Source: Zygnema circumcarinatum SAG 698-1b (taxonomy: Eukaryota; Plantae; Zygnematophyceae). From it: a stretch of DNA of 64,000 bases. Below are positions 1-23,765 of this stretch, one piece after another. The position numbers and the translations under genes were made by a program. The stretch spans positions 248,001 through 312,000 of the forward strand of contig CM074809.1 in NCBI GenBank assembly GCA_037447605.1, written 5' to 3'. Position 1 is the stretch's first letter. Every line of letters starts with the position of its first letter. Below the pieces are notes generated by a model. It saw only the letters and a list, made by a program, of their open reading frames with translations, was not told the DNA's origin and did no database searches.

Positions 1-29
1 TGAACCCTGAACCCTGGGTGGGCGTGCAG

Positions 30-545
30 GCGGAGGTGGCCCTTCAGGAGTACTCGATGACGGCGGTGACGGAGGGCATCGACGCCCTCGCGTGCACGCG
101 CGTGCAGATCCGCCTCCTTGAGGAGGCGCCCGCCGCGGTGCACGCGCAGAGGGGCGCCGTGGAGAGGAGCTTCAGGTACTGGCCATGGGGGGGGTAAAGG
201 CTTTAGGGTTGTTAGGGTTTTTAGGGTTTCTAGGGTTTTTAGGGTTTCAAGGGTTTCTAGGGTTTTTAGTGTTTTAGAAAATGAACTGGGGGGGGGGGGG
301 GAACTAATATGACTCTCGAGCGCTTAGGAGCTGTTTGCAATTTTTTCTGATTTGCCAATATTTGGACGAGTTGTTGATGACGTGGCGCCATCCCATTGGC
401 TGGCAGCGGGAGCGGTGCTGACGAGGACATCGTGGTGTCGAGCGCGCGTGCTTACATCAGCGCCATCAACAAGATGTTGGGCTTCCTTAGATCGCGCAAG
501 ACTGAGAGTGTGGAGGCGAAGGAGCCCCAAGCTGTGGCTCAGTGA
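30..545 (+). CDS. IPMS: 2-isopropylmalate synthase, last two exons (C-terminal allosteric domain); gene begins upstream of the window
   Basis: Exons 30-175 and 407-545 with AG/GT boundaries splice in phase to [28 protein letters not shown]...[30 protein letters not shown]...*. This matches the plant IPMS C-terminus ([43 protein letters not shown]). Confidence 0.93.
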
Positions 546-2243
546 GAGAGGGAGAGAGGGAGAGTGGGAGAGAGGGCAGGTGGGTGGGCAAGGAGAGAAA
601 GATATGAGGGAGGGAGGAGATATATTAGTGAGGGGGGGAGGGAGGGAGGGAGGGAGGGAGGGAGGGAGGGAGGGAGGGAGGGAGGGAGGGAGGGAGGGAG
701 GGAGGGGTAGTGGAGGAGGGAGATCGTAGGTTGTTAGGCCCGTATCTTAAAGGTTGAAAGATTGTTTGCTTTGGCTAGGATGCCGCAGCTATGCTTAGAG
801 GGAGGTTAATTATAAACTTATATCCACGCGTAGTTAAGAAAGTTGTTTAGTGGCAAAATAATTCAAAAATGAGACTGCTGCCCCGGAGGTTGTAGGGTGT
901 GAAGGGTTGGGAGGGCTTGAGCATGTTGCACTTTATGAAGGATAATTTCCCCATGCTTTTGTAGAGACGTAGCATGACCCCAAGTGTACGATACTCTCCT
1001 TTTCGCTTGCAGCAGAACAAATGGTTTGTATTTTTTCGACAATTCTCCACTGAATGTGTATGTAAAACTCGTCGCTTTTCGGTGTCACGGATTGAACGTA
1101 AGTCTCCCTCTTGTCTCCTCTCCTCTCCTCTCCTCTTCTCTCCCTCTCTTCCTCTTATCGTCCTCTCCCTCTCCGCCCCGCAACAAAGACTAGTCTACAA
1201 CGTGAGAGCTGCCACGGCCCTACAATTTCGTCGGTTGGTCGGTTGGTCGGTTGGTCGCCCTGCGTAGGCCGTCAAAGAGAGAACCAAGTCAACGATTCAA
1301 ATCCAATCGATGCCTAAATTTTGCCAACCATTGGGTGACGAATATAAGATCGTATCCTATTCTACCTTTATTATTATTATTTTCTTTTTTCAAGGAGAAA
1401 TGTGAGGATTGCACGCTTTTTTCAATTTTCGCTGCTCAGCCCTTTCTCCAAGGCCACAAGCAGCGCTAGCCGCTCATGCACCTGTCACCCCCCCCCCCCC
1501 CCTTCCCAATATAATAAATACAAAATGTTTTACATCAATCAGCCTAATCTATTGAGGGAGCTAACGGCAGTCTGTGGAGCTCGGCTTTGAAAAGAGGGGC
1601 TTTGACATCGGCTTTCACAGCGCACTAAGTGTTGGGAAAGGCGCCTAGCCTGCAGGCAGACGAGAGTGAGGGGCAGAGAGAGAGACAGACAGAGAGAGAG
1701 TGGGAGAGAGTGGGGAAGGAGAGAGAGATATGTTCTACTCATTTTCCATCATGAGTGCTTCTGACCTAGCAATTGTTGAAATCAAAACGTTGAAACTTTG
1801 GATCAGCATGAAGGTAAACTGAGACCTGCAATCTCTCACCATCTCATCTCTCTGCCTGAGGGATGGCAGCAAAAGCACTGACCTTCCTTTCCAAGTCATG
1901 CTGTTCAGCAAGAACTGCCTTTACACTCCCTCCTGCTCGACTCTCTTCAACCGGCTCTCTCTCCTCTACCGCTGCATTACATGATGTGAAATCATACCTG
2001 CAGAGAGTATTCCACTCTCAGTGAGGTTTAGTTTGTTAAGCTTACTAATTCTTCCCTTTTAAGCCATTTCATTAAAAGAGCATGCATCATTTCAACACAT
2101 TGAATGTCACCAAAAAGGGAAAAAGGCTTTCCCCTTCCTCTCCCTCTCCCTCTCCCTCTCCCTCTCCCTCTCCCTCTCCCTCTCCCTCTCCCTCTCCCTC
2201 TCCCTCTCCCTCTCCCTCTCCCTCTCCCTCTCCCTCTCCTTAC

Positions 2244-5808
<3,565 letters not shown>

Positions 5809-7331
5809 GGCTGGTTTCTCCTGCTTTGAAACCCTGATTCCTGTCGCCTTAGAGTTAGAAAAATTACAGAAATACCATGCCCTGATAGTCCTCTCCCTCC
5901 TTCTCCCCCTCTCTCTCACTCGCTCTCCCTTTACTGCGCCATGCTCGCTACATTCTGCCTCTAAAGACGCCGTGTATGGAGCTCGCCTCCGCCATGGCAT
6001 TCCCTTCCATGGGTCGATCAAAGCCCTAAATCAGTTTCACGGATTTTTAAAAAAGCTTCCCACATGTGAACAGAAGTTGCGTTTCACGGAACTGCGGAAC
6101 TTTTCCATGATCAAAGAAACGTTGTTACCGTTAAACACACGTCCGACAAAAATGTCATCCCATCCATGGCCGCGCATGGGAACAAACCCAAAAATTCGCC
6201 AAATCTTGACTTTGGATTGGAATTTCCAATTGTACAATTTTTACGGTAGGTAAGGAAGTACGGATACTGTCAGAGTTTGACTTAGTCGAAACGACAAGCG
6301 GCTGGGTCGTTCCAGGATATCGGAAAAGATTGCGGATCTTGCCGCTTGTCGCAAATTGACAAGCGATAGTGATATCCCTCCGACAAGACTTGTCGGCAAG
6401 TGCTTTAAATATGGACACGTAGACAAAATAACGTCAGTTAAGAAAACGTCAAAAGAAGCAAACGACGTAATTCCACCGCCTCTAGCTGACACAACCGACA
6501 GATTTCGCAGCCAATGTGATCCGATACGCTCAGATACTCCCAAATCCGCATTCATGCACAGCCCGCGTCTCATCCGACGATGTCGGTGCAGCTCATTTCT
6601 GAGCTTGTCGGTCGCTCCAAAGTGGCCTGGTTTGTCGGTAGCGGACGAGTGGCCTGTCGCCTTTCCACCGACATGGTCCGTCGAAACTCATCCTGACCGT
6701 CCATATCCCGTCAAATCCGTTTGTCGATCCTCCGTTTCCACGAGTTCAACCTTTCTATTGGCTCACTTACACTCGTCGCCATTTGGATGGCGATTGTTGG
6801 ATCCACCCCGACCTCACGTCCCAATCCGTATTATATGGTCGGTGGATCCGCATCAAGATCCCGCACCGACAACGGAAAGTGAAAAGAATATGGAAATAAT
6901 TTCAACCTTGATCCGATTTCGCAAGGTCAATCTGGGTCATCTGCGGTCAGGCCCGTCCTGACCGTCCGATCAAACATTGAACGGCTGCGATGTCCCTGAA
7001 AGAGCTTCATCTACCGCTCTTGGACTGGAGAACATTTGGAAAATTTGATTCCTAAAAAAAATTCATGTAAGAAAAAATTTGGTAATATTTGATGGGAACC
7101 TGCAAGGGAGGGTCCCCGGAGCAGCCTTGCAAGCAGGCAGGCAGGCAGGCAGGCAGGCAGGCGCTTGGCAGAGTCCTGGAAAGAGAGGGTCCTGCAAGGA
7201 TTATCAGAGAATTTGAAGAGAATTTGGAAGGGTTTTGGAAGGGGTTTCAGGAGAGCTTGTAAGGGAGTTTCAGGAGAGCAATTTGAATTGTCTTGGAGGT
7301 CTTTTGGAGGGATTTGGAGGGAATTTGGAGA

Positions 7332-14780
<7,449 letters not shown>

Positions 14781-16943
14781 GGGCACTCACTCCTCTCAAG
14801 TGCTATGGGGATGGGACGAGAAGGGCCTCCGTCCACCCATCCATCCATCTATCAGTGCATCCATATCCATCCATCCATCCATGGAAGTGGATGCCCCCAT
14901 GGTCATGCCGTCACATGGGCATACATGGAAGTGATGCTCATAACCATGCCATCACACATGGATATGGCAGAACATGTGGCATGGCATACATGCATGCCAC
15001 ATGAATCGGCCCACGGTTTCATTTTAATCTTGTATATGAATGGCGACTTCCAACGATTTCCACTTTATTGACATTGGTAGATCACAGGAGATAGGTGTTT
15101 TGGATTTGTTGACCGCGTTTGAACAATTCTTCCAGGGTTTAGGTTTCGGGGATCAGGGTTTTTAAGTTGAGGTTCAGGGTTGATTCTTACCACATCGGAA
15201 AGCTGCGATTTGCTTTGGTTCAATTGGAAGCGGGCACATCTGGAGGGTCAATTATCTCCTGCAGCTTTAGTATCCGTTGGATGTCAAGGAAAACTTTTTC
15301 AATTCATTCTTGTAGAGCTCCGTTAGCTCGTAGTGGCGGTAACCGTCTTTGAGGTGAAGTTGATTTGTATAGCGACGCAGCCATTGCTGCTACTTTACCA
15401 CTATCATTCTATTCATCATTTTTAATTCTTCTTACCCTTCTCGCTCCGTTCCTTGTAAATGTTAAATCACCATATGGAAACGTGGGGTTGAACGGTTTCT
15501 GTTCAAGACCAACTTCCCCCCCCCCCCCCTTCCCTCCCTCTCCCACTCCTCTCTTCCTCCACTCTCCCTCCACGATCCCTCTCTCTCCCAAAAAGCTCTG
15601 ACAAAGAATGCTGTTTCCTTATGAGTCTAAGCTCTTACTTGCTGCAAGATGGCCTCCAAACCGAAGTCTAGCACAGCTGTGTGAGATCAGAAATGGACAT
15701 GACCTCTGTAGTGCCTCTAACAGGCTCGAGAGTCTCGTCAAAAATGATCTTAGTCTCTTGCTTTGATTTTCACTTTTTCCTCCCTAAACTGTAAGTTTGA
15801 TTGAATGGTTAGAGGGTTGGCCATTTTTGGTGGTTCCAATAGGAGAGGTGTCTCAGGCAGGGACTAGGAAGCAATTTATTGTCTTGGCCGAAGGCAAAGC
15901 TCTATTGTCAGGTTCCAAAAGTGTGCGATCCAATATAATAAAAGCCTAACACATGGACTTTTGAACGTGCGCCTACCTATCCCGGCGGCCACATCGGCAC
16001 AGCGCACGCGTGAATCCGTACACTGGCTCCGGAGAGCACTCCCATCCGTCCGATCGTGCCAACGACGGCCACGATGCGCTCCGCGCTCTTTGGGACACGT
16101 GGAGATTTCTGGGTCGGGATAGCGCCGGGCAGGCCCAACGGAAGCTCCCAGTGCGCCACGTGTCGACTCAAGCGTCGCAAAGCCATGCGACACTTGTGCG
16201 ACCTGCGACTCTTGTGCGTCTATGTGCGATGCCTATGCGACTCTGTGCGACTATAATGCGACGTTTAGCGGCTTCCGTGCGACTCTGTGCGACTCTGTGC
16301 GACTCAATGCGACTTTGTGCGACGCTCGTGCGACGACCTTGCAGGTGCTTTTGAGGGGCCCGGTCAAAGGGTATCAGTTGGAGCTTTCAACTCATTTTTT
16401 CGGTGAAGAGGAAGGCACAGTATTGGGAGGCAACGGAGAGTTACAAGGTACACTGACTTTCGTTCTCAGCAACAATCTGCTTCCTCTTCTGCATTCAAAC
16501 ACGGGAAAATATGTCGTTTTTTGATATGAAAACGGTCTTCGTTCCCAAGGGCAGCCCTGCAACGGCCTCTGCAAAAGCAGGCTCTGCAGGATCCCTTTGG
16601 AGCTGGTTCTTTGGGCGGCCTGCCCCTGCGAAGGAGGAGGCCGTAATAGAGAGCATCAAGGGCATGCGATCCCACGCAAAAGCCACAACTTTTGCTCCAC
16701 CAACGGCGCAGCATGAGCAAGAGTCGGAAGCACAGGAAAAGGCCGGTGAAAAGGAGAAGGAAGAAGGCGCCAAAGAATCATTGAAGGTGGAAAGTCGCCA
16801 GCCATGGCATGCGTGGAACGCCGCTGATGAAGAGACTAGAGAGAAGCATACAGAGGAGCGGAGGGCCCTGCTTAGGGGCATCCGCTTCCACACGGAGCAT
16901 GCGGCAGTTCCAAGGGCGGGGATGCCCCGCTTCCACACGGAGC

Positions 16944-17764
16944 TGTAGTGTACAATAGGGGTATAGTACGACGTAGTACACTTTACGGTCCTTAGCCGGT
17001 GTCGGCGGTCCTTGGTTGATACGGTCACAGTCTGAACAGTGCGCTAGAGCGCTGTTCTGAGTCGGAAGACTTTCGGGTTTAAATAGGACACGTGGCGAGC
17101 GGCGATAGGCCGCGCCACCAGTGGAGTCCGCTTAGGTTTATAAGTGTTGTGTGGACACGTGGCGCGCGACGATAGGTCGCGCGGCTATGAGTTAGCTTAG
17201 TACGGATAATTGGAGGCGCGAAGGAGCACGGAAGGTTCGGAGCGACAGAGGAGCTTTCGGAAGGGAGTTTCGGTACGGACGCTCCCCTTCCCATGGCGGC
17301 CTCCCGAGCTGAGCTCCCGCGCGGCGCGGAGCGAACTCCAGAAGGCGCGGAGCGACCTCGACGACATGGAGGTGGAACGCGGTGGCACGCGGTGTAACGT
17401 GGAGGTGCTTCAGCGGCCAGTATTTAGTGTGCTTAGAGCATAGTGTTAGTAACCCTTAGAACCTTGCATCTCGGCTTGTGGTGCTGAGTGTAGAGGCCTG
17501 CTGTATGGGCAGCAGTAGATAGGTGTGTAGGGCAGAGCAGTAGGAATCGCCTGAGGGCTGAGTTTCTGTGTGTAACCCTTCTTATCTATTTTTTAAGGAG
17601 TTTTGAGCCGGTGGGGCTTTCTCCTCTTACTTCACTTCTCGGTGTTCTTTTCTTTTCAGCTTTCATTCTCTTTCCGGTGTGTGCATTGGGAGGGTGTGTT
17701 CGCTGAAGTGCAAGGATGTCTGAGAGTGCAGCAAGTGAGAGAGACCAGGCTCTAGTTTCCAACA
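16944..17764 (+). repeat. 5' LTR of the Copia element (821 bp)
   Basis: Near-identical to 23766-24558: about 7 substitutions counted by eye, one 1-bp indel and one 27-bp indel. Confidence 0.95.
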
Positions 17765-17877
17765 GTGGTATCATCAGNNNNNNNNNNNNNNNNNNNNNNN
17801 NNNNNNNNNNNNNNNNNNNNNNNNNNNNNNNNNNNNNNNNNNNNNNNNNNNNNNNNNNNNNNNNNNNNNNNNNNNNN

Positions 17878-20800
17878 TTGTCCGCTTAGCGCCGAGATGA
17901 AGGGATAGTCATAGTATCACTATGAGTACGCCTCCAGGGTCACGCTGTAGCGTTACGCTACATTACTCCCCCCTGTGAGTATGTGAACGCCCTCGTTCAC
18001 TGGGGAAAAGTAATCTTGGCGTTCAAGTAGCTTTAAGAGGTATTCGCTCGCCTCCAAGGGGTGTACGGAGAGGGCTGCTAATCCCGTCAAGTCCTTTTCC
18101 TCTCGAGTAAAATGCTGCGGACGTTCTCGAACCCCTAGCCACTGGGCCACTGCCCTCATGCTTCTCCCAAAGATAAATCTCAGAGCTCCTTGCAATTTGT
18201 CAGATTGCTCTCACGTTCCCACGTGCTATGTTCAACCCCATAGCCCAACCATTTCACGAGATATTCGTGGCGGGAAGTCTGACCTCTACTCACAGTCCTG
18301 TGGGTTTGGATGGTCTCTACCTCATACTCGAGGTCACCCTCAACTTCCACTGGAGGGGGAGGTGGTTGGACTCTCCCGTCGCTGCGGTATGCCTTAAGAA
18401 GACCCACGCCAAAAGACCGATGCACTTTCATATGAGCTTCAGAAGCCAACCTAGTTTACTCACCGATTCGCCTACCTAATCAAAAGTCCTTATGAAGCGG
18501 TGGCCACAACTTACGTTCCGCCAGAAGTCTTCAAGAAAGCTCGACGCTCAAGAAGATCGACGCTTACGTCATGTTTTTCAAAGGCAAAGACGACGCACGA
18601 CAAGATAAAGCTTTCGCCATCATCGGGCCGCTAATGGTCTCGCTTGCCCTTCAGAATGCCTCGACATTTTCCGAGTGAAGCACTAACGGGCGTGGAGGTC
18701 GATTCTCGCGCCTCCTCTCATGCCCCAAGTGATCTCTGAGCCTCAGGAACATCCATGTTCCACACATCCGCCGGCTGACTTTGGCCGTAAGTAGGATTTA
18801 GGAGGATGCCACCAAAGTTCAAGAAGAAAGGAGTGGTACCGATTGATTCCTGAAATGCATTGTTAATGGCATACTCAGCCACTGGGAGCAGTTCATCCCA
18901 TCCATCCGGGATGGGTCCCACATAATGCCTCAAATAGTCTTCCAGAATCCGGTTCACCCTCTCCGTTTGCCCATCTGTCTGAGGGTGGAAGGCTGTACTC
19001 TTAGCCTGCTTAGTCCCGATAATCCGGAGGATTTCTTTCAAAAATGCCCCCGTGAATCGTATCACGATCTCAGATGATCTCGATTGAAGTCCATACCGAC
19101 CTGCACTGGCCAACATATACCGCGGCTATTCGCTTCAAGCACTGGCCGCCTAGCAGCTGGCCGCAGTAATGCACCATTTTGCTCAGGCGGTCGATAAACA
19201 CGAGGATGGAGTCAAAACCCCGAGCTGTCACAGGTAAATCTGTGATCAAATCCATACCCACACTCTCCCACTTCCGGTAAGGAGGGGCGAGGGGCTGGAG
19301 CAAGCCAGGCACAGGTCCCGTGCGAGGCTTATCCCGCTGACAAGTAGGGCATGCGAGTACATATGCCTCCACGCCCCGCCAGAATTCCGGCCACCAGAAT
19401 TTCTGAGTATGTTTCACGGTTTTGCAACTCCCCATATGGCCCCCCGTATTCCAGGATCGTGCATCAAGATGGTACCGCATTTATCCAAAATTTCTTTGGG
19501 TACCTACTCAATCGCTATCGCGGGTACCAAAACCGCCCCAAGACGAGCTTGTTCTTATGCCATTGCCTTGGCCGCCCAGAATTAAAGGATCATTGTAGCG
19601 GTACCCTCTCAATCATCCGGTTCGGAATCGTAGAGTAGCATAGAGGGTTGATCAAGGCTAATCGTGGAGGGGTTTGCGACAAAAACATACCGAGATAAAC
19701 GCCGTCAAGCCGCCCTTCGCCTCCACCATCTCGCACTCACCAACACCGACGACGCAGCGATCATCTGTGCTAGATGAATGGGGTTGTCGCCAAGGTCCGC
19801 TTAAGATGAAGCCTCCTGTGCCTCGTGACATACCCACTTGCGCCGAACCGCTGGAGGAACTCGCATCAGCGCTTGCCGCCTCGAAAGAGTTTGCTGCGTG
19901 GAGAGGAACGTCAGTGGACGGTGGTCCGTGACCAGCGTGACTGCCACCGCCCCCTCCAAATAGCAACGCCATGTCCTCAAGGCGTGAACCACAGCCAAGA
20001 GCTCTTGCTCTGTGGCTGAGTAGTTTCGCTCAGCTGGGTTCATCTTGCGACTTTCGTAAGCAAGCGGTTGGTCGCCTTGGAACAAGACCGCACTCCAAAG
20101 CTTAACCCTCAAGCGCCACATACCACTTCATATGGCAACCGCGGATCGCCCAACCTCAACGATGCCGCCACAAAGCCGCATGTCTCACACCATCAATGCC
20201 GCTCCCGCACTCGGTGTCTGATGATACGCATAATCGAACGCTATTAAATTGGTAAAGAGGTGTTACTGTATCCTACAAAGCCTGATAAACTTTACTAAAA
20301 ATAATTCGGTGAAATCCAAAGAGTAAAAAGACCGCGAATCGGATGAAGATCACCTCGCACGCCACCGCATGTCTTTACACAGACACCTTACGTAATCGTT
20401 TCACCGATCGCTCAAGATACGCCCAAGATACAACAACTCTCGTTGCATGAAGTTACACTTCTTTCGCTTGGCATAAAACGCGTGTTTTCGCAACACCTCG
20501 AACACTTTGCGTACATGCACAAGGTGTTCAGCGTCCGTCTTGCTGAATACCAGGATATCATCCAGGTAGACCAAGACAAATTGATCCATGCCAACAAACA
20601 TTTCGTTCATCACAGCTTGGAACGTAGCCGGAGCGTTGGTCAATCCAAAAGGTAGCACCTTGTACTGGAAGTGACCAATCGGCGTCCAAATGCCAAGCCT
20701 TTAGAACATCAAGATCCGTGACACGGACTTGACAGCACTTCACAAGAAGGTCGAAGCGAGGTGAACACCGCCTTTGCGCATTTGCGGTCCGTGAAGATCA

Positions 20801-22526
20801 TTCCATATGTAAAGCAAACCTCGTTTACCGTGGATCTTATTGAAAGTGCTCTCGATAATCATGCACATTCTCCGCGAAGACCCATCCTTCTACCAACGAA
20901 GAGGATGGGAGCCCCAAAGGGACTCTGGCTGGGCTCAATCCAGCCCTTCTCACGCAGGTTAGCGAGTTGCTTTCGCATCTCCTCAGTCTCCTTCGGACTA
21001 AGCCTATAGATAGGCCTCCAAGGAGGTTTCTGTTCTGGCTCAAGGGGTATGGTATGCCCCACCCCTCTGGCTGGAGGCAGACCCCTTGGCAGATCGTCTG
21101 GGAATACATCCTCAAACTCTTTCAACAAGGGTTGAAACACAGTTGGGACAGTTGGCATTGTTTCACCCGCAGTGGGTTGCCACTCCTGGTCCCCGTCATG
21201 AGCGTCCTCGGTTGCCGTCATGACTTGCACCATAAACAAGATGTTACTTCGCTTTAGTAAGTGCTCGCGACAATTGTAATGCTGAAAGACAAACGCATAC
21301 AAAGATGACCGCTGACGCAGGCTGGTCCCGGCGAGTGCCTCGTTGCGAGTCATGCCTTCCTTTCACCGCGAGGACGCAATTAGGGACAAATAAAATCTTA
21401 ATCGAAGCGCCATAAGCCATTTGCTCCCAAGACGTTCGCTCGGTTAATAACGCCAACAAGCAGTTGACTACCCCGAGTAAGATCAATCTTCACTTTGCCG
21501 ACACGCTGAATCTGGCCCGTGGGTGCGGCCCATCCCTTCTAAAAAGTTACACTATCGGGAATGAGGCCGATCGCAAACCCCGCAGCTCCCCATAGCTGGG
21601 CCGCTAACAGTTGGGCCAGTCTCAAGGCCAAGGTCCAAAGAAAAACCATCGGCTGAGTGTCCATCGGCTTCAACCCTCGAAGGTCATAAGACGCATGAGA
21701 CAAGTGGAAATGGACCGTGAAGACATTTGCGCGTGGGGACGCTTAACCGGCCAATAATAAAGGGAATGAGGAGACTTCACTCAGCCAAGACCGCGGGATC
21801 TCCATCATCCACACCTTAAGAAGGGAGTAGCTTCCTTCTTCCGCAGAGCTTTACCACTTTCCACTCAGCCTGCGGGACAAGCCCTCACCGCCACGCGGTT
21901 GTGGAGTAGTGACTCGCAGATCGAAAGTACATGGTCCTTCTAATCGCAACAAGCTTACAATGCATCAAAATGCACATGGCACTATGGCATCACCGCCTTC
22001 ATGGCATTCAAGATAATGACATGCCATTCATTCATCAAGACAGCATTCGGAAATGCTGTTGGAGTCACAAGCATAGCAGGTGGCAATGAATAATCAGCAG
22101 GGAATGCATCGCACACCAACAACAGATTCCCGCTGAAAACTCCCCCAATCACTCTAAGAATGTCATCCGCCCTTGGAATACAACATTCTACACTAGTGAT
22201 GGCAGCTAATGCGCTGCCCCCCCTACTGTCAAGCCCACCAGCAGAGACCCCTAAGCTGCCAGTGGGGAGCCGTTTTCCGCCGGCCCTTTCCCCTTCCTAT
22301 CCTTCTTGAAAGATGGGCAGTCATAAGACCTATGCCCCACTTTCCTGCAACGGAAACACTTGTTTTCCGCGCGCAAAGCCTCCATCTCCTGTGGAGCAAG
22401 TTTTTGCGGCTGTGGCCGTTGGTGCTGCTGCTGGTGAGAGGAAGGAAATTTCCTCTTGCCATTCCCCTTAGGTCGGCCGCCTGGCGCACCAGTTTTGCGC
22501 GGCTGTTCGACCGTGTCCGCACGCGG
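17878..22526 (-). mobile_element. Degenerate Ty3/Gypsy chromovirus (RT-RH-IN-chromodomain), antisense inside the Copia and bounded by N gaps
   Basis: Frameshifted pieces include PWRPIYRLS, LPFGLTNAPATFQ, VLVYLDDIL, AYESRKMNPAERNY...ELLAVVHAL, WESVGMDLITDLP, STAFHPQTDGQTERVN and the chromodomain EYEVETI...YLVKWLGYGVEHSTWE. A PPT is followed by an LTR start TGTAGC at 17962 running into the gap. Confidence 0.88.
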
Positions 22527-22536
22527 NNNNNNNNNN

Positions 22537-23748
22537 GCGTTTCTCTATGGTGACCTAGAGGAAGAGATCTACATGGACCAGCCAGAGGGCACGGTGAAAG
22601 AAGGCGAGGAACACTTGGTTTGCAGGCTGGTTAAAAGCTTGTATGGGCTTAAGCAAGCCCCTCGCATTTGGTACGAGAAAATTGACCAGCTCTTGCAGGA
22701 GAATGGCTTCACCAGGTTTCGGACAGACCATTCAGTTTACCGCAAGGGAGAGGGGGACGAGCTGCTGTATGTGGGGATATACGTGGACGACCTCATCATC
22801 ATCAGCCCCTCCATGGCCGGAATTCAGAACCTCAAGGACCTCCTCAAGTCTAACTTCCAGATGTCAGACTTAGGAGAGGCAGAGTATCTATTAGGGATCC
22901 AGCTCAAGAGGGGGCAGGAGGGGAGCTTATTTCTCTCTCAGGAGAAATATGCGAAGGACATCCTTCTGAAGTTCGGGATGCAGGACTCCAGGCCTGTTAC
23001 CAGTCCCATGGACCCCTCCATCCACCTCACACGTGCGATGTCGCCCAGGACAGAGAAGGAGGCGAAGGAGATGGCTCGGATTCCGTACAGGTCCGCGATC
23101 GGAAGCCTCATGTACTTGATGGTCGGCACTCGGCCTGACCTGGCCAAAGCAGTCAGCACGGCCTCAAAGTACATGGAGAACCCGGGCCGTACACATTGGG
23201 AGGCGGTCAAAAGGATCTTTCGGTATGTGAAAGGTACGACAAACTTCGGGATTAATTATGAAGGAGGAGAGAACCAAGTGTACGGATATACGGATGCTGA
23301 CTGGGGCGGCGATTACGATACTTCCAAATCAACCTCAGGTTACGCGTTCATTAATGCGGGCGGCGCGGTGACGTGGAGCTCCAAGCTCCAGGATACGGTT
23401 GCACTTTCAAGCACAGAGGCTGAGTATATCGCGGCCTGCCACGCGTCCAAGGAGGGAATCTGGCTTCAGAACTTTTTCGATGAATGCCAGCGTCCTCAGT
23501 ATCCGGTACATCTCCTCACTGACAACCAGTCGTCGATTGCCTTGATAGAAAATCCAGTATTTCACAAAAGGTCAAAGCATATTAGGCTCCAGTATCATTA
23601 CGTTAGGGAGCAGGTCGAGGATGGACTGTTGACCATCGGATTTGTCGGCACAAAAGAACAAGCTGCCGACATGATGACCAAGGGGGCCAACGGGGAAACG
23701 GTTTGGAAGAATTCCGTACTGATTGGCGTCGGACCATTTAGTGGCTAG
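22537..23748 (+). CDS. Copia reverse transcriptase - RNase H (5'-truncated at an N gap)
   Basis: Uninterrupted ORF with AFLYGDLEEEIYMDQPEG, KSLYGLKQAPRIW, YVDDL, GYTDADWGGD, SSTEAEYIA, DNQSSIAL and KHIRLQYHYVRE. Confidence 0.95.
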   Translation, partial: AFLYGDLEEEIYMDQPEGTVKEGEEHLVCRLVKSLYGLKQAPRIWYEKIDQLLQENGFTRFRTDHSVYRKGEGDELLYVGIYVDDLIIISPSMAGIQNLKDLLKSNFQMSDLGEAEYLLGIQLKRGQEGSLFLSQEKYAKDILLKFGMQDSRPVTSPMDPSIHLTRAMSPRTEKEAKEMARIPYRSAIGSLMYLMVGTRPDLAKAVSTASKYMENPGRTHWEAVKRIFRYVKGTTNFGINYEGGENQVYGYTDADWGGDYDTSKSTSGYAFINAGGAVTWSSKLQDTVALSSTEAEYIAACHASKEGIWLQNFFDECQRPQYPVHLLTDNQSSIALIENPVFHKRSKHIRLQYHYVREQVEDGLLTIGFVGTKEQAADMMTKGANGETVWKNSVLIGVGPFSG

Positions 23749-23765
23749 CGGACCGAGAGGGGGAA

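Noticed and set aside
6356-6961. 201-aa ORF
   Set aside because: Non-ATG start, no recognisable motif, and it lies in the divergent promoter.
15190-15500. Possible minus-strand exons (GTAAGA donor at about 15190 followed by telomere-like repeats)
   Set aside because: All three frames contain stops and no product was recognised; at most a non-coding or decayed transcript.
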